Source: Klebsormidium nitens (Eukaryota; Plantae; Klebsormidiophyceae). Taken from it: a DNA stretch of 48,882 nt. Below are positions 1 through 11,300 of the stretch, one piece after another. The stretch covers positions 1 to 48,882 of the forward strand of contig DF237585.1 in assembly GCA_000708835.1 (NCBI GenBank), written 5' to 3'. Positions within the stretch are counted from its first letter, which is position 1; every line of letters starts with the position of its first letter. The notes beneath the pieces are model-generated. The model saw nothing but the letters and a program-made list of their open reading frames with translations, ran no database searches and had not been told where the DNA came from. The position numbers and the translations under genes were made by a program.

Positions 1-70
1 AAAAGCTTCGCATGGTTTCCGCACATGTGAAGTAGACAGGCAGCGTGTGAACCCTGTCCAACCGTCACAG

Positions 71-303
71 TCAAGACAAAAGTTTTGACTCACCCGCAAG
101 GCCGACCATGCCACTCAAGATCCTCGAACGTTGTGAGTGATGGCGCCGACCAATTAAAACTTCCTCATGATTATAAGCTTTTCAGTTTCAAGACAAAAGT
201 TTTGACTCGCCGCAAGGCCGACCATGCCACTCAAGATCCTCGAACGCTGTGAGTGATGGCGCCGACCAGTCAAAAGTTCCCTCTTGATATAAGCATTTTA
301 GCT
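71..303. repeat. Tandem duplication, 2 copies of a 117-bp unit
   Basis: tcaagacaaaagttttgactc...gcaaggccgaccatgccactcaagatcctcgaacg(t/c)tgtgagtgatggcgccgacca starts at 71 and again at 188. The first ~90 bp are nearly identical and the tails diverge. Confidence 0.9.
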
Positions 304-1353
304 CTTCACGGCAGAAGTTTTTACTCTGAGCCTCTGAAGACACTCCACCTATGATACTGAAGAATGTTGCAAGTTAAAGCGGCAACCATCGACTCACACG
401 CAGGGGGGGCCATCTCACTTTGATCTGACGGCACGGTTGGAGCACGCTATGTGCCAAGGTTGGACGGCCCTGCCTCAATGAGCTCCACTGGAGTTTAAAA
501 ATGGATAGTAGCACCACCCTCCTCTCGCAAAGCGCGCGGCGTGGGCCGAAAACCATTCAGGTGGCTCAGCAAACCAAACGCCTCTGCTAGCTGACAGCAC
601 TTTAGACAAAGTGATCATTGAAAGAGCGGTGCACTTCGATGATGATTGCGCATACAGAGATGGGTCCAATGCACATTGCACACACACCTGGATGCGGAGT
701 TGCGGCACGACCAGATCATCGCAGTGTTGGATCCCGCCCCGCGCTCACCGTAGCGCCGCTGAGCCTGGCCCGGTCTTGCATATTCTTCACATTCAATTCA
801 CAAGCCCCCGCTGTGAGACAGAGTGCGTAACAGTACGGTAAATGGATGTATGTCCTAAGTTGCATAATGCACTTGGAGGCGGCTCAGCCGAGTAGCTCAG
901 CTCAGTGCCAATAGCCCTTGGCCTTAGTGAAGGCTCGCCGAATGGGGCAGCCCTTGTGGCTTTCAAAATTGCCGACTGTGCATAGCTTATGGGATTCGGA
1001 GCCAAACCGGGCGCTTTCCATGAGGTTCAGCCGAATCGCCGATCGACGGCGCTCATAAAAACCTTGGCCATCGGGCGGCTGAGAGAGTTGGGGGGAATTG
1101 GAGACTCGCGCCGCCCCGTGAAACTCACACTGCGCGCGCTGCGCACCTCAATTGACGTCAGCTGCAATCATGCACGACATCAGCATTTATGATCCACGCT
1201 TCATTCGCCAAATTGCGAGCAAAACGTGTGCCGAGCAACCTTGTCGAACTGGTTCTTGCCGTCCATGAACTGCCATCGACGGTCAATATCTTCTGAAGTT
1301 GCCCGGAAACAAAACTCGCGAATGTCGTAATCGGCCGTGCTCGACACACGCAT

Positions 1354-1490
1354 GTACAGGCGCGGCACCCCTGTGCAGTACGCACAACACGGAATCGAGA
1401 CCGCATGAAAGAGACAAGACTGGTACCTACCCAGTAGGTTTCGTTGTACAGTGTACAGTAGACTGGAATCTGGATCACCTAGGTAGGTAC
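1354..1490. promoter_or_regulatory. GTAC cluster, candidate SBP/SPL (CRR1/SPL7-type) copper-response element
   Basis: GTAC at 1354, 1378, 1423, 1446, 1453 and 1487, about 850-980 bp upstream of the multicopper oxidase ATG. The cluster is observed; its function is inferred. Confidence 0.4.
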
Positions 1491-1558
1491 CGTGGCAGGC
1501 AGGTGTTACCTGTGAACCTGCCCAGTGCCATCAGCGTTCGACACGGAGTTTTTATTTT

Positions 1559-1712
1559 GTCGGCTGGGAGCCGACTGTTCTCCGTTCAGTCGGCTGGACC
1601 TGTGAACCGGTCGGCTTGTGTCAGCCAGACCCCTAAGATATGCCTCGATTTTTTTGTCGGCTTTTCGGCCGACGCCCCTCGGTTGAGTCGGCCGGGTGGC
1701 AATTCCGTCGGC
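1559..1712. repeat. Cluster of 8 GTCGGC/GCCGAC motifs with two short hairpins
   Basis: Motifs at 1559, 1570, 1589, 1610, 1656, 1668, 1687 and 1707. Hairpins gtcggct-ggg-agccgac (1559-1575) and gtcggc-ttttcg-gccgac (1656-1673). Confidence 0.7.
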
Positions 1713-2333
1713 TGACGTTTGCCTGGTGTGACGGCTCGTGTCGAACACTGAGTGCCATACCGATTCGCCACTTGGATTGGCCTGCAGCTGCAGCCACTAC
1801 CACTGGCACCAGCAAGTTTTCCAGTTCATTTGCATTTGAGCTGAGCGCCACTGGTTTCAATCCGGCACTGCAAATCCTGGCGCAAAGAGGAGATAGTTGA
1901 GTCCCCCCTCGAATGCAGAGCAGGGGTGTCTAACAGGTAGCATTCCGGTATAGGTAATTGTTAGATTGCTACTACCCGGAGCAAACAATCGTAAATAGAA
2001 GGGAGTGCTTTCTCAGTTCTGTGCTTGCTGTTCTGTATCAAGACCATTCACCAGGATCCCAGCAGTACCATAAGTCAGGCCGACAGTGAGAGCTAGAGTC
2101 ACATGAAAGGTGACCGCACCAGCTCATCACCATCGTTTGCAGTTGCAAAGAAGTTGGGTTTAGTTCAGAAACCTTGTCCTTTTTGTTAGCCACCTTGCGA
2201 CCACCTGCCGTGCTGCATGATTTTGTTCGCACCCTGAATCAACAACATTCCCTTTCATCTTTGCACCACTGTAGTCAAACAATACAGAGTAAGGCACGCT
2301 TCAATTGGAAGGCGGAGTCTGATCAAAGTCAGA

Positions 2334-5300
2334 ATGGAAAGCTCACGGGGCAATGCCGCTCGGCTCTTGATGGCCACAACCGCCATTGTCGCTCTCCTCG
2401 TTATCGGAGCAGCGATGTTTTCCTCGGGGAGCGAACTTTCTGAGCTTTCAGTCGCCCCACCCCGCCGCATGCTCGCTGCTGACGTTAGCGCCGCATCAGT
2501 AAATGCTGAAATCATCAGCTCACTGAACACGACCAACGTGCGGACCTACTACATCAGCATTGATGAGGTGGAGTGGGATTACGCCCCTGGTGACGGCGAC
2601 CTGTGTTTTAACCGGCCCTACACAGATATGGAGCTTCCGTACGCGCGTCCAAGTAACACCAGCATTGGCAGCAAGTACACTAAAGCGCAGTTCAGGTAGG
2701 TGGATTCGTGCATGGGTTCACTTTTGATTGATGCATTCTGATTGCAAGACAGACTTCGCTTTGCCCCAGCTATTCGAACTCACAGCTCCGTGTCAAAGCA
2801 TCACTACTTTACTTTGGGATCATTCTGGAGTTGGCTCGTTTCCACAGGACCTCTTGCAATGACCCGTGATCAACCAGCACTCAAATCTGGTCCCGTGACA
2901 AACAAGCTGCCTTTCCCTCCCAGTTTTATCCTCGAAGAGCAGGGCCTCCGTTTCGCGGCTCCAACTAGCACATCAGAGCCCTGCTTCGACCACAGATCCC
3001 CCTGTTTCTTTCCGCTCCCGCTGACAGCATTCCTCAAGTGCCCCTCTTTGCCCGCTCACAGATTCCCCCCAGATGCCCCAAAAGAATCTGCTCAATACAC
3101 CCTTTTTGTCCCCAAAGGATGCTTTCATTGGGCCCCTGATGCTTTTTCTGTCTTCAGAATCTTCCTCTGCCAGCTCACCCCCCATCTCAGCCACCTCAAG
3201 GATTTCCTGAAGTCACCTTTTCTTTTTCCTTCCCAGGGCATACACTGATGCCACCTTCAGCCAGCTCTCCCCGGTGCTCCCCCAGTGGCAACACTTGGGC
3301 CTGCTCGGCCCTGTCCTCCATGCGCAAGAAGGCGACACAATCGTGGCCGTCGTCCGTAATGCCGCCCAGTTCGACTTCACCTTCCACATTGACGGCGCTG
3401 TCCTGTCCAACAACTCGACTCGTGTCGTTGGAGATATCCCTGGTTCTGTTGTGGCGAGCAAGTTGGTGCAGCCGGGGGCGCCGAATGCAACGACGCTGAG
3501 GGGGAATGTGGGGGGGGGTGCGGAGGCCATTGCACCAAACACGACGGCAGTGTCGGTGTGGCAAATCACGAGCAAGTCCGCTCCAGGTGAGGGCTCCTTC
3601 TTCCTTCCTTCTTTGTTCTTCTGCAAACAGGTTTCCAGAAGGGATCAAGTGCCTTGGAATGGGTCTAAATTCGTAAAGGAGTCATTTTCAAGCGAGGGTT
3701 CTTGGAAAGACAAACTCATTCTCAGAATGGCAAGCTGTCAAAAATTCTGATAATGATGAGGGGGTCTGAGACGAATCCACCACTTCGGTTGGTGTTAGGG
3801 TGCATATAGGGCAACAGCGGTCTCCTGCCAATCTTGAATTTCTTCCCAGCTTTATCACTTATCTTCAAATTGTCCATGTGTTAAAAGGTCAATCACTCGC
3901 TTCGAATAGTCCATGTACTCTTCCCGTGCCTCAACCCCTTGGAGATGAAAGCAAAGCAATTTCAACAGTTCAGGGGTTGCCCTAAGACAGTTTTACAACC
4001 CACTTTCATGTGAAGGCCCCAGAAGTCAGATGCTCCACACCCAACATATCAGAATACGAGCTCTTGAGGACCAGAAGGGGTGACTCTTGCCAAGTAGACC
4101 CCAAAGTCCACAAGTCCAACCATGTTTTGAATGACAGAAAATGTCATAAATGTAAAGCCACACTTCTTGTCTTGATCTACAAGCCCCACTGAATTCGCAT
4201 TCCCATAACCTCATCTCAGGTCCTGGCGATGAGAGCTCCATTCTTTGGCTGTACCGCTCAACGCTCAACGGCCAACAGGACAATAACGCGGGTCTCTCAG
4301 GGCCGCTCATCGTAACCCGCAAGGGTCAAGCTAACCCAGACGGCACGCCGGCTGACGTGGACAGGGAGATTGTGGCGCTCTTCGAGGTCTTCGACGAGAA
4401 TGTCAGCCCCTTCTTCGACGAGGCGCTTATCCCAGCGGTGAGAAATTGTGCACCAGCCTAAATGTAGGTTTTTGATGCTGCCTGGTTCTGGCTCTGTTTG
4501 CCTGCTTGATTTTGTAATTGGTCTTTTCAAGAAGTCTTTTTTGAGTTATCAAGAAGTTTAAGGCACCTGCTTAAATACCATAGTCAATGCACAATTCTGT
4601 CGACTGGAGGATCTCAGACACCAATGTCACTTTCAAATCCATCTCGTCCTCCACATTTCTGAGGGTCTACTTTCAGGCGCTCTGTCTCTGCCTTCCAAAG
4701 CGGCACCCAATCGAACAATCGACTTAGCTTCTGCTCGACAACTTGCCTCTGCACTATCCAAATTGCCTATTTGCTGCACATGTTTTTGAAAGTAATCTTC
4801 AAATCAAGCAACACCCCAAGGGTTTTGAACCTGGACTCAACAATAGTACTGCAACTTCACTGCCACTGTTTGCTGGTTTGCTTTTACGCGGAAGCTCAAT
4901 TTTGACTTCCTGGGCAGATAGTTTTGCTGCAGCTTGAGTAGCATCTCGTTTAAGCCTGCGCTTTGCTAGTCGAGCTTCCAAAAGCACTCGTCAACTCGCA
5001 AATCACCGTAATCCGCTCACAAACAACAGCAAGAAGACGTGTCTGATATCGATTTGTGAATTCCTTCCAGGGCGTGAACCAAACCGACGAGGAGGCTATG
5101 GAGGCTTTCGCAGAGTCCAACCGCAAGTACGCCATCAATGGTTACACCTTCTGCAACAACGCTCCAACCATGGTCATGAACAGGGTTAGGCCCTAACCCA
5201 AACTTCTTCTCTTTAGTGCGATGACGCTCGTCAAAGCGTGGCTGAGTCAAGCCAGGCCCCGCGAGCAGTACGATTATCAGGGTTTTCTATGGCCTGCCTG

Positions 5301-8300
5301 ACGTTCTCGGAATTCCCCACTTAGCATGAACTTGATGCACTAAAAGGCAATTGGGGAAAAGGAGCCGTCTGCTGCTGACGCCTGGTGTCAGCCAAGTCTT
5401 CTCATGCACTGATCCAATGAGTGCGAGATGCCGTCCGACTTGGTTAAATTTTTCGTGTCTTGAGAATCAGCCAACAGCATTTGGAGGGGGCTATCACCGA
5501 ACGAGTCTAGTCACCGACCTACTGCAGATTCGGCTTCCCAAATGCCTTTTCACACTTGGCCCATCCTTGAATGTGAGCTCCAAACTTGTCACCTTGGCTG
5601 ACTTTACTCGCGCTTTTTTCCGGCGACCAGGGCGAGCGCGTGCGGTGGTATCTGGTCGCCCTGGGCAACGAGGTGGACGTGCACGCGCCCCACTGGCACG
5701 GCAACACGGGGGCGGTGTCCAACAACACGCAAGTCATGGACCAGCTCAACCTGCTGCCCATCAACATCCAGACGTTCAACATGGTGAGGGTTCGAAGTGT
5801 AAATTGACTTGGTATCTTTGCCGTTCAAGGTTTTAAACGGGAGATGGGGGTTTTGAGTCGGTGGCAGATAAGAGGCAAGAAGTGGGCCCAATCAAACCTG
5901 CCCAGCTTCCCATTATTGAAGTTTCGGAATAACTGGCCGTTTCTTTGCCTCTGGAGTTTGGGGTTCCAGACGTTGCCCTTGCCGTTTCGAGTTTCTGGGT
6001 CCTGGGTTCTGCCTTTAGTAAAGTCCATTGGCTGATGGGATGTTTGTCATGGAGTTTAGAATCAACTCCAATGTCGATACGAATTGGGACCATCTGTATT
6101 CTAAGCAGCTCGAACACATCAAGGGTATGCGGAAGTGCTTCAGAATGGATTCGCTACCTGGACATATAGTTCCACGATTACCTCCAGCAGAATGTCTATC
6201 CCTCAACATTAGCTGGTACATGTTGCTTTTGCTGACTGCCCGACACGTGTCCGCCATCCAGGTGCCTGACGCCACGGGCACGTGGATGTTCCACTGCCAC
6301 GTCAACGAGCATTTGATGGCGGGGATGAGGACCCTCTACCGAGTCGACGGGTTGGATACCATTGAGGCCCCGGGAACTGTTCGCCGTTACTTTGTGCAGG
6401 TAAGACACTTTGCTTCTCAGAAGGACGACTTTCGCTCCTTGATCTGTTCATATTAAATTCTTTTCTTCTTTGTCGAGAGTTGGGTTCTGTTGCGTTTGCC
6501 TTGATTCTGATCGTATACAGTTTTGTTCCTTCTCTGTCGAAGGTTGGATTCTGCAGCCTTCATTCAGCCTCAGAAGCGGGCCTTGATGACAAACGTCCAA
6601 TAATGAAAGTGGTTTGTTTGTCGCATTCGAAGGGCTCTGGTCATTGGAACCTTTCCCAACCGCTTTGGCGAGCCAGTGAGCTCTTCAGCAATTTTGGCGC
6701 CTCCTTTGAGAGGTCTCCAGCGCACACTACAGGAAGCCCCTGATTACGAGCCCTCAGAATCTTGCTCCCTTTCAGAACCTGTCTTGCAGAACGATTAGCT
6801 ACTCCGAGCCTCGCCCGATGGCAGACCCAGCGCCGCCGTAACGCCAAACGTGCAACCTCACTTTGCGTTACGCTTGCACTTTCGCAGATCGAAGAGGTGC
6901 TGTGGGACTTCGCCCCGTCCGGCCAGAACCTCTGCTTCGACGACACGCCCGGCGCCAACGTAACGCTCGACCGCGGAACTGACCTTACGGACGACGAAGC
7001 GCTTTTCGTTATCCCGAATCCGGACATCCCGTCCATCGGAAGCGTGTATAGAAAGGCGCGTTACATTGAGTACACGGACGCCACGTTCCGGACGGTGGTA
7101 ACGCGCCCCGAGACGGAGTCGCTCGGGATCCTGGGGCCGATCTTCAGAGCGGAGGTGAAAGCGTTTTTGAAATTTCTCTACGGATGAGTGGATGGTTCGA
7201 TGGCCAATGAACAAATCTTTGCTTTTTCAGATCAGCTATAATTGTCGAACTGTAAGTAAAGGAAAGCTGAGGAGGGAGCGGTGTAGAAATGTGTCTTTTC
7301 AGTTAGAGTTGGCCATAACTTCGGTACTGCGCTTTGCAGGCTTGCTGAGTTTTTTGAGTCAGCAAGTGGCCTGCGACCGGGTCGAAATAAAATAGTTCTA
7401 ACTTTTGTAGGCTGCAAATCGGATCCAGCCTAGCAAGACGAATGGGCGCAAGGCAGCCTCCCAGAGAGTCTTCTCAGATTTGCAACCGTTCGGCTACATG
7501 TAAGCGTGCACCAACAGAAGAAGACAGATTGAAATTGGACACTGGCTCTTCTTAGGAAACCTCTGATGATTAGTACACCTCGCAACTTCTGTTCCTTGTC
7601 AACCTCGTAACCTTATGCAACCATTCAAAATTTGGCGCGCAGGTGGGCAACACCATCGAAATCGTGGTGCGCAACCAGGCCCAGTTCGCTTTCAGCATGC
7701 ACCCGCACGGCGTTTTCTACAACAAGTCCTCCGAAGGCGCAAGCTACGCCGACAACTCGACACTTAACGACGGCGGCCACGGCTTCATCGCCCCGGGGGA
7801 GCAGTACACCTACCGGGTAAGTGGGGCCACGTGGCAAGCCTTCCGCGCTTTCTATCGAGGTGCCCGTATTTTGAGATCTGCGGGCGAACCTTGCCGGACA
7901 TCTTAGGGGCAAGGTCGCCGTCTCCCTGTCTCAGACGAAAGTTGATCTGGAGACGAAAGGCGAAGCTTCTCTTTACACTTAAAGGCGCAAACCTTCTGAT
8001 ATGCGGTAGTATAAGGTAACGCGTCAACAAACCGATACTAACCTGCAACCGCCGCTTTTAGTTTGCAGCTTTAGAGGCTGCTTCTTTGCAGGCAACAGCT
8101 CAAAAGTTGAATCTTCTTCTGCTCTGAATGCCATCAGAAAGGTACTTCGTCGGCTCTCACTGTCTGATCAATCATAAGTCGATTGACAGTCTTTCTGTTT
8201 TTCCTTCCACAGTGGGCCGTCCCCGCGCGCGCGGGCCCCGCGCTCGGCGACCCGAGCTCCAAGGTGTGGCTGTACCACAGCCACGTGGACGAGGTGGGCG

Positions 8301-11300
8301 ACACCAACGCGGGCCTCATCGGCGCGATCATCGTCACGCGCGCGGGCGCGGCCATAAGCCCCGCAAACCCCGCGCCCGCGGGCGTCGACCGCGAGTTCGT
8401 CGCGTTCTTCGGGATCCTGAACGAGCTGAGCAGCGTCTACGCGCTGAACAACACGATCGACCGGGCGCTGGGAGGAAACGCGTCGTCGGAGGCGGTGGAC
8501 CAGCTCTTGAGTGTAAGCGGTTTTTGCTTCGTCCGTTCAACTTGTTTTGGATATCGGCGTGTCTTTTGGGACTGCTTGCCTCTAACTGCAAGAGCGACGG
8601 CGCTCGATCCGTCATTCTTGCAAAAAGCCGATTCTTTTTGTTTGGCGATCTTCTGGGCTTTGTTTGTTGCCCTGCCGATCATGATAGCGTCTTACACCAG
8701 GCGCTATTCTACCCATCCAGTTCTGTCTGTTCAACGGAGTCAGTTGATCCCCACGGAACATTCTTCCCAACCTTTTTTCCAACGGTGGATTAAACATAGC
8801 ATCTTTTCGTGTGACGCAACATTCATGCCGTCGTCAGCTCACAGATATTCTACTGATTCAAATACAACGTCTCGTACCCCGCACTCGTGACACCGCATCT
8901 TCTCCCCCGCTAAACAGAACGACGACTACATCGAGAGCAACTTGAAGCACAGCATCAACGGTCGCCTCTACTGCAACCTGCGCGGGCTCACGATGCGCGT
9001 CGGCGAGCGCGTCCGGTGGCATCTCGTATCGCTCGGGTCCGTGCTGGACGTGCACGTGCCCTCCTGGGGGTCGCATACGCTATTGGCCCACAGCCAGAGG
9101 GTCGACTACACGCTCATGATGTCATCATCCATGACGACGCTCGACATGATCCCGGCCGAGGTGAGGGCGGCTGACGTAATCGTGACGAGAATGGAACACG
9201 TGTGCTGAAACCCGACAAGAAGCTGAAGTCTTGGTTGTTTCTGCTGCCTAGCGCCGAGCAGAAAGCTGGAACACGTAAGCCCCAAACAATATTATCAATC
9301 TTTGAAAAGGGTACGAATCACGATGAGGGAACGTCAGGTTGACAATGAGATACGTCAAAGTACTTCGTACATTTTCCTTTTTCGGAGTCAACTTTTGCAG
9401 ATTGGACAATGTTTGGTGCTTAGACCTAGGACCTAGGCTTTCCGTTACTGCATGGTCGAATAGGATTCGTTAAAGCCTTCCCAACCCGTTGTAAGAGCAT
9501 TTGATTGGCTCGCATAACAGCCACGTCAGATCGTGACAGCTGTCATCCGCGCGCGCAGATTCCTGGGGCGTTCAACTTCCAGTGCCACGTGGACGACCAC
9601 TACCTCGCGGGCATGAAGGCCATGTTCCAGGTTAACGCGACTTCCGCTGGTCCGCTGACCGCCCAAGCGGACCCCACCGGAACGGTCCGCACGCACTATA
9701 TTGCGGCACAACAGGTAGGCCGACTTGCGAGTTGCGACTTGCATTGGTGCCTCTTGTCTGAAACATTGGCGGTTTCTGCACATTTTATGCAATTAACAAT
9801 CATCCGGACGTCCTAGCCGCATCTGCTCTTGGCACGATGAAGTTTCTAATCATTATCGAAAGTTGGGAAGCTTCGAGTGTTGAGGGTGCTAAGACTGCTG
9901 AGCTGGAATTGTTCCGGCTTGGGCATGCCGATCCAACGCTTCAGAGGCCGGTCTTATGCATCTCAGAAATGGGCTTCTTCTCGGTTTTGACTGAGTAATT
10001 TTAACGCAGGTAACTTGGGACTACGCCCCCCTTGGTGCGGACGGCAACTGCGGCGGCCTGCAATTTGGACAGGTTGCGGATGCGGACACGTGGCTCAACA
10101 ACACTGGCCCAAACCAGATAGGACCAATCTACACGAAGGCTGCGTGAGTGCCACATTCAATTTGGGCAACACAAGAAGAAAGTTTTGGACGTGGTTTGCC
10201 TTTCTTCGAGTCACCCAGAGTCTTTTGAGAGACGGCAATCTTGCCATTCACGGCCAGACACTGCCGGATCTTATCAGGGGTACGTCTTTGTATGCTGTCG
10301 GTTGTACTTGGATGATCATCATTTCAGACTTCATCGTTTCAATACCCGCCACTTGACTTCAAAGCCTCTCTCGTATGAGCCTTCCTTTTAAGATCCGACG
10401 CTTGTTTGAAGCGTCCCTTCGCTCAAGACAACCACTACACTTGGGCAGCACAAACGTCTTTGCTTTGCATCTTTCGGCATGAGCGCTGCCCAGGACAGAG
10501 CGGAACGACGGAACGACTGATCGCATCTCCTTCTCCTACCAGTTACCTCGAGTACACAGACGCCACGTTCACAACGTTGCTCGCGGCCGCGCCCGACGAG
10601 GGCGGCCGCGCCCCCGGCCAGCGCGGCGAGCACCTGGGGCTGCTGGGGCCGCTCCTGCGCGCGCAAGTGGGCGACACCATCAAGGTGCGCGCGCTCAAAA
10701 TCTGTCACTTGGCTTTCGGGAGCGTCGTTTCCGGCGGCCGGAGAGCGTTCCTCGCAGCCAGGAGTCGAATTTTTGCGAAACTTTTGACCCGTCTTGAGAT
10801 GCCCTTTTCAAAAACTAAAGAACTAATCTCCGTGGCTTAAGTACTCGCTCTTCAATTTATTATGGGCGGCATCATAGGAATTGCTGTTCCAGAAAATTGG
10901 CGCAGCAACTGATTTGGGGCGAAATGCTAGAGCACGACAGATCGTGAGAATTTTAGAAAACAGACGCGCTTTGCGCACCCTCTCAAGAACGGGGCCTTGT
11001 TTCGCAGGTCGTCCTCAAGAACAAGCTCACGTTCCCGTTTTGCGCACCTACTCAATTAAGCGGGGCCTTGTTTCGCAGGTCGTGTTCAAGAACATGCTCA
11101 CCAACATGACTGCCAACATGGTGCCCAGCGGCCTCAGCGCGGGCCTCCCGGGCTCGTCCGTCAACGGCTCAACTGAATTCTTGTCCGACAGCTCTCAGGC
11201 TGAGGTGAGTTTCATTAGCAGACCCGGAACTTGAAGCTTTCCCGAGCATAAAACTACGAGCCAAGTGAGACATATCCATTCAGATGTCCGACGATTCTGG

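Noticed and set aside
374-1900. Overlapping 60-140 aa ORFs upstream of the ferroxidase, including a coding-looking minus-strand stretch (EDIDRRWQFMDGKNQFDKVARHTFCSQFGE*, ~1200-1295)
   Set aside because: Interrupted by stops, no recognisable domain and no coherent splice pattern. At most a decayed fragment.
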